NCBI GenBank assembly: GCA_973895155.1
Contig: OZ316893.1
Location: 1,736,860-1,800,859, forward strand
Source of the DNA: Marsupella aquatica
Taxonomy: Eukaryota; Plantae; Marchantiophyta
Direction: 5' to 3'
DNA length: 64,000 nucleotides
In this document: piece by piece, positions 26,063 through 39,498 of the stretch
Position numbering within the stretch: position 1 is the stretch's first letter
How the letters are laid out: each line of letters starts with the position of its first letter
Translations under genes and position numbers: made by a program
Notes under the pieces: model-generated
What the model was told of the DNA's origin: nothing
What the model saw: only the letters and a program-made list of their open reading frames with translations
Database searches by the model: none

Positions 26063-27684
26063 GCGTCAGCTCTACATTTCATGGTTCAAATCTGCAGGAG
26101 CTGCTGCTCGAGGAGGATAAAGTCTAAGGACTGTGTGCCCTCTACCAAGGAATGAACCTGTCGACGCGTCAGTAGCACGGAGATTTCACGTGTGAATGAC
26201 TGATTGGGCGAGTCGGAGAACGATTTCATTGTTCGAGAGCTGAATAGTTAGGAAAACATGTACTGAACAAGTCGACTGCTGGAAGCACGAATGACTCATT
26301 GGGCGAGTCTGAAGGATCCGGGGACAAACAATGTACAATCATATTTCACACGGCCTGCTCTACCTATAATATATCCAAAAGCGGCAAACCGTAAACAGGA
26401 TCCCCAAAACGCAATGTACAATCTTATTACATGACTTGCTTTACCTGTTATACATAGAAACGCGCCAAACCAAAACCACGATCCCAAAGGCACGAGACCC
26501 AATAAAGGGCACGAGACCCAACAAGCCAAATGCCCAAGAGTTCAAAGAACTAAAGCCCTGCTGAGTAGCAAACACCAAGGAACTCAAGCCCTGCTTCCCA
26601 AAGTACTAAAGCCCTGCTAAGTAGCAAACTGAAAAGCCCGGTAAAGCTTAGAGTAAACCGCATAGAAGGTCACTTTCGGTCCTCTCCGCTGTTAGACCTT
26701 CCTCCCAAAGCCCTTGCGTTATTTCTCTACCGGGAAAGTGTCACAGCTTCCCAGGAAAGCAACGTCAAAGAGGGAAGGCTGATTTTACCACATCCCACGC
26801 TATGTCCAATACAATTCCGTTGAAACAAATTCTCTCACGAATAGGGAGAGACGATAAATTACAACTAAGCCGACTATGTCAGTCAGCAAATCAATCCCCA
26901 AGATCAGGCAAATCTACATGGCTAATAACGTCGCTAATTCTACTCAAACTTGTCCATCACTCAAACCCTATATTGCTTTGCAAAATTGTGAGACCCTGCC
27001 GTTCAGGAGTCTAGGGTGGATATGATCAGCATACTCTAATATCAGGTCCAAGTTGGGAATTCCGGCATTAGTTGAATATGTCCATTTCATCGAATATGAG
27101 TAGGACAGCATCAGCTACAGGTTTCCACAACCCATGAGATGTGTGGCTCAATGTTTTTGATTAGGATTCAATCCAACTCCTGCCAGCTTTCCATGCGCCG
27201 GCAGGAATGTAATTATGTGGATCCACCCAACCCCAGGACGCTTTTCAGCCATTTTGTGCCCTCAAATTAGCACATGAGCCATTCAAATCTGTGTTTCCCG
27301 ACCAAATATGTGAGAATACGTCGACATCTCTCCCCGCTGCAGCGATGAAATGCCCATCCTGATTCAAGATCACTATGGCTGAAATGACTTCAAGACTTCC
27401 TTGCTGGTAGCCCCTATCATTGTTTACCAAATAACGTTAGTTCTTGTTCACTTCGGCGACTCGGGAGTACTTGGCACTAAGCTGTACTTTACGGACCGTC
27501 TGGCCGTGGGTGCCTGGTTTGTCTGGTCCAGCAGATCGCACAGCAACCGAACTATTCTGGAAAATTTGAAGCAACCTGCCGTTTGCCCTTCGTGCTTCAC
27601 CGGAAGGTGGAATAGCACACTTCTAGCTTAGAAGTCTTGAAAAAAGGAAGTCCACACCTTCTCTGCATCGAAGCTGGTAAATAA

Positions 27685-30600
27685 CTAGTAGCAGGCAGCT
27701 TTCAGGAAGTTGTCAAAAGGACTGGCTGGAGGAAGCCGGAAGACCTGCCATTGCTCAGTAGTCTGTGAGAGCCAAGCAGGACTGAATGGGACTTCCTGGA
27801 GTACATTCTTTTTAAGCAAAGGAGTGCTTGGCTCCTCAGTGTCTTTGGCAGGATGCTCCAGTTGCTGCACAAACCACGTGAATTTAGAATTTTCAAGAAC
27901 TGTCCTTTCAAAAAGTACGCATGCACGCCACAACTAAGAACATTCCCAAACAGAGTGACAATTTCAAACTTCTTGACAGCTGCGTCGGCAGGTTCACATA
28001 TAAGACAGTTCAATAGCTTCAGTAAGTTACCATCTCTTGGAAGTTGGGGTCATCCTTTTCGGAAATACGAGAAGGATGATGTTCGTCTGGAAGAGTCAAC
28101 CTCATAGAACTGGACTCTGGTTCCAATCTTAAAACAATGGAGATCTTCTTCTTATTGCCAAAGCCAGAGGCTTCGCATTGACTTGCCATATCATTATAGG
28201 ATAACGGAGGTGCTGTGTATGATACACATGCCACTTGCCCTGCTGCGGTTTGGAGGGCCTGCAGTAAAGAATAAAAGAAATGGCGAGTCAAAACCTTTGT
28301 TTCAACACAAGCATGTGAAAACAAAACAAAAATTAAAGAGCGAGGTTTTAGAACTAACCTGCTCCAAGAGCTGCGGAACACCAATGGCTTGTTGGGGAAG
28401 CGTGGGAACAGAAACGTATGCGAGCAGACGTGGTAATTCACCTCCAGAATGATCACTTAAGGTGTCATCATCCCCTGATGTGCCCGTGTAGGCGAGGATC
28501 TGAAAATTGCCAGGTGACGGGTGTATTTTTAGTGCGTTATGTTGCCCAGCTATCCTCTGAACCATCGCAAATGAACTTGAGCAAGCTTCAACATACATTT
28601 ATAGAGAAATCTCAAAAGTCACTACATACCTCATCGAAGGAAACAGAGTTCCTGGAATCCGTAGGAGAGTCCCCTAAATGAGAAGTTTCCAGAAAGAGAT
28701 GGGGCCCAATTCCTTCGACTTGTTCAGGAGCAAAAGGTCGTAGCATTTGCTCCGTAATAGCATAATCATCTAGCTGCAAGCGTCACAATAAAATCCGTCA
28801 GAGGAACGTGTCCCGGAACCAGTCTCTAGAAATTTGTTACATCAAGGGACAAGGACAGTACTGAAACTCGTAACGACCAAGCCTATCTCTGGCATGCGCT
28901 TACCTCTGCAAGACTGGGAGAGTTTTGAGCAACAATAGCAACGAGAGCTTCCGCAGTCTGCTCAGGATTCAGTGAAATGTGCGCAAGGGACTTGAGAGCA
29001 TCCCGATCATCAATAGCTGTTCCATAGTCCTTTGCTTGTCCCAACGCTACGGAGGGAACAACCTTGAGTCGAAGGTCCTCTAACAGGTCCAAGAAAGGGT
29101 CTTTCTGTAACCCCAAGAAAGCAGACGCAAATAGTCAAGTGAGAATACACAAAAATTCAGAATTGTAGTGGCCAACAACACCATAAGACGGACCAATCGG
29201 TCATACCAAACCCAACTACATTTTAAAATAATACCGGGTTAAGTGCTCACCACTAGATCTGTGAGAGTTGACTTAGCAGGAGCTATGATTTGTGGGATAT
29301 TGTAAGCCTGGCCACCAAAGACGAGCATTGCAGTAGCCAGCATGAAGACTGACCTCCGCCGTGAAGGTGGAAGTTGACTACCTGCAGCTGGAAAGTGACA
29401 ACATGGACATGACCATCAGCCAGGTGGTGCAAGATAGGGAATCAAGGGCCCTATCAGAAGACACGATGAGGGCAGAGCAGATTCCTGTTCCCTTCAGTTC
29501 CTCATTTTGCTTTCTTCAGTTCATTCGGTCGAAAAACAAAAAAACGGAAAATAGGTTCAACCCCTCACAAGCTTTCCTCATGTATAGCCCCTTGTACGAA
29601 GCAACCCAAAATCTCAACTTGCTTACGATTGGAAGGACCACTATACAAGGTGGGGGTACGTCCAATGTCACAAAAGTGAAATTAAAATCCATCTTGTTGT
29701 CAACGAAACCACATGAATTTTTTTATACAAACACCAGGATTGTGAATGCGGTGAGCCTTACTATGAGAATCAAGTGCCAAGTTCCGAAGAGAGAAAGCCA
29801 ATTGAAAAGCCAAAGTGATGGTGGTGTGGCTCGAAGTCTGCAGCGGTTTTACATATTCCCATGGATCAGTAGCTTTTCAAGATTGTAAGCCCAACTTCGC
29901 GAAACAGTCTAGCTTGCTATCCGCTTCTAAATCGTCATGAGATCAGATCATACTACTCCTCTCCTCCCCAATAGAGTGCTTCAAAGATAACTCCAAACAT
30001 ATATTTCAATTCAGTCCACCTTACCTTAGGTCGAGAGAAAAGAAGTATCAGCATGTAAGTGTGGGCAATAGCTTCAAAGTTAGAGGGCAAGTTATCAGCT
30101 AAGCTTGCTTGAAGCCACAACACAGACAGCAGAAGTGCTGCTTGATGTCCACTGAGCCTGACAGCAGTCATCTCCTGTGCAATGACGGAAAGAAGCCAGG
30201 TCAGCCAATAAGAATGCATGTCCCTCTTCGATTCAGGAGACGCCAATCTCTGATTATAGACACAGGCCCACTGCATGACTAACCATGTCACGAGAAACGT
30301 TGTTGTCCTTCATGAGAAAGTCAACAGCAATAACATGGAGAGAAAATTGACTTCGGTGAAGCTAATACGGGCACTTAACGCCCACCCATTGCTTTCTTAA
30401 GTTTCTAAGATAGTTTTCAACTTACAACATTCTTGAGGCTTTTGGAGGGCTGCCTTTGATGAGATGTGGCCCGCTTCAAAGATAAGTCCACAGACCGATC
30501 GAGGCTTGTCCTGAATCCAAAATACCGGCTTGGACTCAAATATGGAGCAATACCCTCATCGCCACCCCTAATGTACCCCATCCGTTTTAGTTCCGTGCCT

Positions 30601-33600
30601 TCAATCGTATCAGTACTCGTACGACTAAGGTCATCTCTCTCCATCTGGACGCCCTGATCAACCTGGATCTCCTTCTCTCTGACACGAAAGCTCTCTTTCT
30701 TTAGTTTCTCGAAAAGAGTAGAAGCAGAGGAGAACACCGAAGAAGTCCTTGCCAACAGCATACTGCTAGTCTCAGGCTTTGATTGAGTCGACTCAACCTG
30801 ATCGGTTCTACAATGTACAGATGAAGGTACCAGGAGAAGAGAAAATAAATGATGAGCCCGAACCCGTGTTTCAGCATCTGGATGAATCATGGCTCTAAGG
30901 AGTTGCTGCAAAAGTGATTCAGGAAATATCTGCAACAACAGAACATTGCACGAAGAATAAGACAGATACTTATCTGCGATTGCAATTGAATTATGATTAC
31001 ATGTTCTAAACAACACAACTCCATTGCTAACTCATGCTACTCAGTTCTCATGCTTCGAGAAAGTGTAGCTCAGTAGAGCAACATAGTTATACCTGTTCCG
31101 CATCAATTGGGTCCTGTACGTGAGCAATACATCGCGCCAAAACAGATAGAGCTTCCAATTTCGTTCTGGCAATGATGGCATTCCCTGGTAGTTTCTCCAG
31201 ATTTGATGCCATCATATCAAGAACTGGGCCAGTATCCCCTACCTTCATCATTTGAACAGATTGGAAAGTTCAGTAGGTAAGATGCAATGCCACTTCTGGC
31301 TAGCAAATCTAACAGAACTTAGCTACTCGTCTTATTGACTCCTGTGAGTGAAGGTTTTACATATAACAACTTCAAATACATTGAAGAAAGCCCACCTCTA
31401 TCAAAAAAGTTGAGTCCATTAAGACAAGACAAAACAGAAATACTACATCACTATCCAATCAGGCTCGAAGTTGGGATCCAAGTTAGCGGTGAGATATCGT
31501 ACCCTTTTCACGAGCTCTGTCAAGCAGTCTTCTAATGCCGTTTGCAAATTTTGATGATCTTCTGCTACATGTCCAGTAGGGGATTCCAGAGTAAACTGAA
31601 TACTTTTGCGGAGATGTTTCAGTAGATCACTCATAGCTCCAATATCTGCAATCCTCGGTTTAGCTTTTGAATGACGTGCCAGAATCCCAATAATCTCCAC
31701 AATATTCGCTTTCATGAAGGGTTGATCCGCCACATCCTTATGGTCAAGATGTCTAACCAGCATGGGAAGGAACAGTTGCTCGTTGCCTGCAAGAAAATCA
31801 ACAATTCATAAGCGCATTTACGCAAAATTGCAGTCATTCGGTCTACACACGGAATCACGAACAGCTCACAACCCAAGCTCACCGTCAAGAAAGTTGCGGA
31901 ATGTAAAAAACCAAAAAAAAACTTCGGAATGTGCAGCGTTCTGTTCTTTCTATCGATGACGAGCACTGACTTTGGAAAAGTCGCCTTAATTACTGTCAAC
32001 ATGAAGATGATCAGAGGGACAGCAATTGCATTTTTCCGGATAAGTAAAAACTAAACACCCGTTATATAGCGATTGGAATGCTTTCACGTCCAATTCTTTA
32101 TCGTGTAGGATGTCGTTCATAAGTGGGAACGAAGACAAAACTGCGAGGTCACGCAGATTTCATTTACCTGACTTGTCCATAAAGTGCTGCATATCGCGGA
32201 GCACTGCCACAGAAAGACCTTGCTGAGGTGACCAGTGCTTGCCTGCATCAAAGTAATGAAACATAGGATCCAGAATCCGCCTCACTGTACTGACTTCCTT
32301 TGACAGTCGTGCTAGGTTCTGAACACATATTTGCGACCAGACCTTCGGTAGCTGCATCTCCTTCCTAGGAGATACCACGGACAAAGGAAATCAGGTATTG
32401 ACGATGTGTAACCCAACAGACTGAACATGATTTTGGAGTTTCATTGAGTCCTACATACCAACCAGGGCAAGATAGTACCTGTTTAGACTTGCAGGATCTT
32501 TGAAACGAGAATTCTCCTTAGTCGAATACAGCTTGGTGATTGCTCCTTTCATAACTGATACGGCATTGCGGCCTTCTCCTTTCAATACCTCCTGAACCCA
32601 GTTCTGACTAGACTCACCCCCCCTATCCTGAGTTTCTGTTTCCAGATCAGCTACATCACTTTCAAAATTATCGAGTATGACTTCCACTATCTGCACAAAT
32701 AGTAACGGGGCCCATGGAAGTCAGGATGTAGTTTTAAGGAACATCTCACAAAACAAACAGCAAAACTTCTTTCCATAATTTTTAGCAGTTTTTGCTGACA
32801 AACTGACAAGTGAGACCAATCTGTCATTTCAAAATTCAGTATCTTTATTCTTCTGCCCCAACGAGACCTGAAACATTCTTGACGAGCCCCGAAATAATTC
32901 AGCATCATATTGATTAAGACAAGCTAGACTGACCGATGTCAAAGGGACCAACTACGGCATGCTTCCTGGGATGCGAAAGACTTTCAATCAACAAATTCAT
33001 GTCTCGATTGCATTAAAGTTAAAGAAATCGCCTATGTCAGAGAGAAAGTGTAACCACCTCGTCAAAACCTGAAGATATCTGCGAGAATTTACCCATGAAG
33101 GTTATCTGCACGAGCAGAACAAAATCAGGATACAAGGCTACCTGCTTAAGTAAGCCACTTGTAAAATGACTCACCTGTTACTGTAATGAAGGATAGCACT
33201 CCTGATCTAAACTACAAATTATTTTAGTCTGACTGTTCCTACCGAATGGTGCTACTCTTATCTGGTTGAGTGAAACCAAATATACCAGCAAGAGACTATG
33301 AGAAAGGAGCTGCTCATACCATAGACGCAAGGACTTGTAAACCAGCAGCTCGAAGTGGTAAACGTCTAGCCTCCTCTCCCGTCTCCCGTGCTAATGCGAG
33401 CAACTTAGGAAGGAACGCATCTACGTTGCGCATGTATGTTGAGTCCGCCTATTCGAAAAATCCAAACATGTGAGTTCTAGTCCCGAATCTCGAGAATATA
33501 CATATTTGCTTAAGGACACCAAATCAGCTCGAGCATATGTTTTGCAGTGAAAGCAGATCCGAAGCAGCAACGACCTTTGACGAACTTGCCATCGCCATTG

Positions 33601-35467
33601 CAGTTCGATTGAACAAGGAGAAGACAAAGCAGAAAGACAGCTCATTTTGAACGGAGACATAGGAGCAAAGAAAGACTTGGATATCAGTTTTGAGAAAAAG
33701 GAAACATCTGCTCAAGGTGCAAGTTCTCAACCTGATGATTCAGGAAGTCAACAAGGGTAAGGCAACCTAATATTCGCCCCTCATCGTGCCGCACTTGCTC
33801 CAGAAGGGCCTTGATCATACTTAACACAGAAGTGGCAAACAGAGGCCTGCAACCAGATTTTGTAACTGTCAGACGCTCGGCTGAATGAGAATTATTTCCC
33901 CTGCAATAGAGAAGAGAAAGTTCTCTAGCACCAGCACCGAAACAATGCACAACTGACTATGCCGGTTCCAAGGGTTTGTTGGAGTAGGGGGGTTGACAAG
34001 CTAGATCCTAGGTACCAAGACTACTTTCCAGAGAAGCAGAACAAATAGAGAACGTGATTCGAGATACATACACAATGGGGAGGGCTTACATCTGATCTCG
34101 GCAATCAACCAATAGTCTACTGTATGCTCGCATACAATGGGGAGGGCTTACATCTGATCTCGGCAATCAACCAATAGTCTACTGTATGCTCGCATGACCA
34201 CTCTCACGGTTCCGTAATGCTCAGCCCTGAGTTCCTTGTATCCTCGTTGCTCCAATGCATTTGCAATCTGCACATTGAACGGCTTAGTGAGAACCAAACG
34301 ACGAGGTTCTAATTCAGAATTCAGGGCAACAAATCTTTATGACAACCAAACCTTCGCTGATAGCCATCGCCATTGTCTCAAAATCTTCATTTTTTTCTCC
34401 GAAAGCTTTCAGTACGGACTGAACTGAAAATGAACAACTGTCCTATGAATTGATTCAAGTCTTCCTCTGGACAGTATCAGAAAATAAGAATATAAGACAA
34501 ATGTATGTCTTCTGTGTGGGTAAATGCTATATGTCCAACTTGTCAGTAAATGCTTTGAAAATGAACGCATGACAATATTTAGGGTGCCAATATCTGCGGC
34601 AATTTTTGTCAAGAGTCTCATCCCTTCAGACGAGGGCTGGCAATGTATTATGGTCGATTGGTTCTTGCTAGGCAAAGCAGTCTAGTCCAAAACTACAATT
34701 AGCGGGATCTCAACCATACGCGATATCGCCTGCCGTGGTCTCCAGCCCCGCAAACAGATCGAAAAAGTGCAGACTGCTAGATGAGGACGTCTACAGAGAA
34801 GTACTACATTACATTACCACATTTAGAGCGGTCCGAAAAGAACAATAATAAAATAATCGGTTTCCATGTCCTACAAGAAACAGACTTTCACCGTCAAAGT
34901 GATATTTCAATAAAGTGGATCAGATGGTCGAGGGTACTGAACTCAGTCCAGGGACTTCAAATTTCGACGTTCAAGCTCAAACTTCAACTTAGAGTACCAA
35001 ACAATTTTAAGGGTCAATTTCGAAAAATATGTCCACGGCGCCGTCCGCCACCAAGAATGACAAGTCTCAAAATGAGGCGAGAAAGAGGATCGACCTTCGG
35101 TATGCGGAGCGGATTCTTGGACGCGTACTCTGTGAGCTTGCCAATCTTGCGGTCATTAGGGAGTTCATCCTGCAAATGTCAATCAAGAGTCAACTTCTCC
35201 GCTCATTGGGTGCAAAACACGCAACGCTATATATCCGAGGTAAGTAGAATCCGAAGTGACAGTACAGCAACCATGCGGGGCCAAAAATCGTTGAAGAGAT
35301 GCTAGCCATCGAGCCATGCGAGGAAGCTCTACCTGAGCTTTGGGAAAAATGTCCGCCAGAAGTTTTTTATATCGCTTGACAGGCTGGCGAGATCGCGCTC
35401 GCAGCTCGGGACAGCAAAAGCAGAGACTACCGCATGCCGGAAGCACCCTCCTGGAGATCACTCCCAT
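27685..35467 (-). CDS. EFR3: EFR3-like / SEMI-ROLLED LEAF 2-like ARM-repeat protein (roughly 18 GT-AG exons)
   Basis: N-terminus MGVISRRVLPACGSLCFCCPELRARSRQPVKRYKKLLADIFP. Exons include NDRKIGKLTEYASKNPLRIPK, FPESLLQQLLRAMIHPDAETRVRAH and NFEAIAHTY. C-terminus RLPPASPFDNFLKAA. Splice sites keep the frame across the exons checked. Confidence 0.93.
34072..34194. repeat. 62-bp tandem duplication spanning the exon 3 end and 5' splice donor of the EFR3-like gene
   Basis: AGGGCTTACATCTGATCTCGGCAATCAACCAATAGTCTACTGTATGCTCGCAT at 34081 and 34143. Confidence 0.95.
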
Positions 35468-36151
35468 TTTGAAAACGTACCGGTCGCTACAGGTAAGACT
35501 TCTTGTGTTCTCGGATCCTCGATGAAAAGATCGAAGACTAGATTTGGGGTTAGAGAAGTAACATCATCTCCAGTGTAGAAGATTGTAAGGGACTCATGAT
35601 CCGTAATCAAACATTCAGGTTGAAGTGATCACCGACACCAGCCAGCTTCTACCCTCGACTCGTTCTCGATTCGGTGGCGAGTCAACAAAGCAGCATCCAG
35701 GATTGCCAAGCTGCCGAATTCGGAAAATGACTGATCTCGGGCCGGGATTCCCACTGGACATACTTCCCGGACGATGAACACGAAACGCATAATAGTAAAG
35801 CCTGTAAATCCGTCTTCGAATCCATCTGTTTCCCTCTGAACGTTGATTTTCTCTGTCTCTCCCACACACCCACGGACGTCGGAAATGTTAGCCGAAAGAG
35901 ATGTGTGGGAGTGATTCAGATAAGTTGATCACAGACCAAGGGGTGGGCAGTTTAGAAGCAGATCAACGAGGCTAAAAACCTAAAGATAGTAAAACAGAGA
36001 GCTATTAGTTGCGATCTGGACACTGGCACGAGAGGGCTGGTCCGTCCTTCCCGCGTAATCTGTAGTATAGAAAGTCCACATTCCTCCCCGCAGTGACAGT
36101 GGTCATTGCACACTCATCTTTGCTCCTGTTCGTTGGAGTCTCCCTCTCGCT

Positions 36152-36763
36152 GCTCTCTCTCTTTCCACAGTGCTTGCGCGTTTTAGTGCAATATTTCTAC
36201 TCCTATTGCTATTTTTTCCTCCGAGATGACAGTATCTGCTGCAGCTGTCGTGACCGAGCCCCTCCCCGCTCCGCCGGCGATACCGCCCGCCACTTCAGAA
36301 CGTGCGCGGCCGTTCTCCTTCCTTGACTTCAGAGTATGCCTTCCGCAATTCTCCAGCGTCGCATGGAAGTCTGATACACTCGTGTGTCCCTTTTCTTTCA
36401 ACCAAACTGGGGAATTACTTTTCAGTCTTTGCTTAAATCCCGCCTTTTTCTGTTCTTCAAAATTGCCCAGGAATTATTCCTCTTCTCAAAGTTGGTGAAG
36501 AAAACCCTTTCCCCCCGGGACTTACATGGACTGCATATGGAACGTCGGGCGCCCAGGAATTCTCCCTCCTTGACTTTTATTTAAGTAGCATGGCAATTAC
36601 TGATGCCTAGAAATCGACGGACCACTTCTTCCCATGTACTTCACCACCTCGAATCTTCTTAGAGCTCAGGTGCAAAGTGTTCTCCTCTATCTTCCGCCCC
36701 GTTGCATCTGTGCCGGAAACGGTCACCCGTACCCTCCCTCCTAGAAACTCGCCAAAAAATTCT
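36152..36763. repeat. Dispersed ~610-bp repeat, copy 1 (paralog at 52244-53376)
   Basis: High-identity colinear match, e.g. CCGAGATGACAGTATCTGCTGCAGCTGTCGTGAC ... CTAGAAACTCGCCAAAAAATTCT. Confidence 0.92.
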
Positions 36764-37753
36764 ACAGTACTAGACTGCATGGCTGAAAACAATGTACCTT
36801 AAACCCCACCAAACTATCATATCATGTTCCGATAATGTCGGAAATCACGCCCCTTTCTATTCATTCGATTGCCTTACATTTCTGTGAGTTGAGAGCTTCG
36901 CCAGTTTACGCAAATCAAAAAGCGCTTGCGTTCTTTTCTCTTGTTGAATTCTTGCAGAGGTCGACAAACGAGACTTCTAACGCAGAGAGGAAAGCAAATA
37001 AGAGCCTCGAATTCAAATACAACTAGTAACATCCCTTGCCTTCTTTCAAGTTCTATCGCGCATCTACACTTTGGCCCGACAAAGTATATCCTGACAGAAC
37101 TTTCACTCACAATGGCAAAGAATCACTCTGTAGCTTCCTTTCGCCTCGTCTGCGGGCATCAGTCGCACTGTGGTTGACTCCCTCGCACTGCGTCCGTCTA
37201 CATTTCTCCCTCAGCACACCTTCCGCCCGTTCTTCACGAATTCACGTAAGTGATACTGCTTCACGCGCAGTCCACGCTTCTTGCAACAGCAGATCCACTC
37301 TCGTTAAGCCATCGTAATGATTTTTCTCCCGCACACTCATAGCCAACCCTTTCGCGTCCGACAACACCCTCCGCTGTTTTCTATTTTCTTGGTCCTCTTC
37401 CGCCTCGCCAGCCCTCCCGCCGCCGTGGTCGAAAACGAGGAATCTATCCTTCTTCTTTCCCTCCCAGTCTCCCTCTCTCTCTCTCGCTGCTCACAACAAC
37501 CACGTCACGGACGAAATTGCGCACCCTACCGTCATCTCACCGTCCTGCTGAAAGCTGATTCAATAGCACGACAACATTAATTATCGCAAATCCCGTCTCG
37601 CCACGCTGGCCGCTTCCTCTGAATCCGCCACCCGCCCGTTGCTCCTGTTCCTGCTGATGATCTGATGATATCATTGACTTTCAAACAAGAACTACTGTTT
37701 CCTTCCTCTTCCTCGTCGCCCAATTCCCTGGGGTAGCTGACTGGCAGGCCTAC

Positions 37754-38120
37754 CCGCCTCCTGCTGCTCCTCCTGCTGCTCCTCCTGCTGCTCTCTCATC
37801 GGCTCATCGCATCGATGATCGATCATCCCCAATTCAAACCAATCGAACCATTTATTATTCTGCTGCTTCTCCGTCATCGTGAGCTCTCTCTCCTCGGCCA
37901 GAATTCCACGCAATCGTCGCTCCACACTACTACTACTCCTCCTCCGACGTCATCAGCGCTCCGCTGAAGTGATGAACGGTCCGCTGCTGGATTTTCGAGG
38001 AGAGGGAAAACACAATTCCGACGCCGTCTTGAAAAAGCCGATCTCGCGCACCGATGTGCGCAATCAATCTCCTCTGCTTCTGTTCCGTTCCATTCCATTC
38101 CCGTCCGTTCCGTTGCGTGT
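37754..38120 (-). other. Candidate non-coding first exon of the EFR3-like gene
   Basis: GAGCAG-rich leader ending at GCGG|GTAGGC. Candidate acceptor ...ACTACAG near 36060. Confidence 0.35.
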
Positions 38121-38859
38121 AAACTACACTGCGATGCAGCGTTGCGAGTACAGCGTTTTTTCTAGTGTCGAAAATTCCCCAAATTACACCTCCCCAAAAC
38201 TAATGCACGTGTTTTGCCAAAAACTAATGCACCCCCAAAAATAATGCAGTGTTGCGACAAGCGTTTTTTTTTCACTAAAATTTGCCAAATTCCACCTCCC
38301 CAAAAACAGCTTTCTCTATTGTTGGCGAAAGTATTGTTCTGGTCTCATTAGCCAATGTTACACTTAATCACAGGTCCCATTAGCCAGAATCTAAGGTCAT
38401 CCCTACATATAAAGGGATCTGGTCATGAAAATAATTGGATTAGTAATATTTTGAGCCATCTTCTCCTTCATGCCACAGTGGAGTCTCTCAGGTCCCATTA
38501 GCCATAAGATAACGGTCATTCTTCCATCTAGGTGAGATCTGACAGTCTGGAAAATAATAGTACTAGGAATATTTTGAGCACACACTCTGGACATTCGCCA
38601 CTCTGGCGAAAAAGTGAAAACCTTAAAAAACTACACTGGTTGCGACGTCCCTCCTAATGTTGCATGCAGCATGCGTCCTGTGCATTGACACTGGCTGGCA
38701 GGACCACCGTCAGTACTTATACAGGAACGCAGAGCTCGCCTCCCTATGCCTCCGGCCCCCTCGTCTCGTCCATGTCTATAATGCTGAGATTTATTACATG
38801 ATTGTATTTTTTGTTCAATTGCATACTTTACAGCTCGTTTTAGTCTGCTACTTGTTTAG

Positions 38860-39026
38860 GAGAGATATTATTGATGGACCCCCAAAATGAAAGCTTTACT
38901 TGATGGACCCGTGAGTGATCCATACCCTTGATAGAACTTAAATCAGTGGTCCTAAACTCTCATGGGACCTCATAGGGTCCATTAAGTAACACTTCTCAAT
39001 TTAGGGGCCCATCTAGTATCTATCTG
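38860..39026. mobile_element. Short Mutator-like MITE inserted in a local repeat
   Basis: Ends GAGAGATATTATTGATGGACCCCCAAAAT / ATTTAGGGGCCCATCTAGTATCTATC. Flanking near-duplication TACTTGTT(T)AG. An empty-site paralog is at about 39820-39920. Confidence 0.7.
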
Positions 39027-39109
39027 TACTTGTTAGTGAGGTTTTAGTGCTTTTTGCCTACCTATACTCTGCCCGCCTGCTCTACTTCTCCACGCTGCCC
39101 ACCCCTCCT

Positions 39110-39498
39110 CAGATGGACCACCATGTTGGACACAATGGTGGTCCATGGGAGTTTTGAGCTTATAACTTGATCATTAAGTGTGTTAAAATAAAATTTAGTT
39201 TTTCCATTGCAAAGCAACTAGAGAATGAGGAGACATAAAAACACACAAGCCCTAATATTTTATAAACTTTACTTCTCTGCATTTCTATGATGAATAACTT
39301 GACCAAAAAGACCAAAAGTTCATTGTCACTTTGATGGGAATGGGGCTTACCTACTCCATCAAATGTAACTTACCTACCCCTCTAGGAGGTAAGTCTTTGC
39401 ATTTATGAACATCAAGCTGTTTAAATTCAACTTAATTTTTGGGAAATGTGGCCCATGGGGGGTTTCATGAGACCAACCTTGTGGTCCAGGGGAGCATC
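39110..39498. mobile_element. MITE-like element, copy 2
   Basis: Aligns with 17330-17735 (TGGTGGTCCAT..GAGTTTTG.GCTTATAA; ACAAGCCCTAATATTTTATA; TTTGGGAAATGTGG.CCATG). Confidence 0.65.

Noticed and set aside
38130-38640. hAT-type MITE (CAGYGTTGCGA ... TCGCCACTCTG)
   Set aside because: The ends are only loosely inverted and no TSD could be found.
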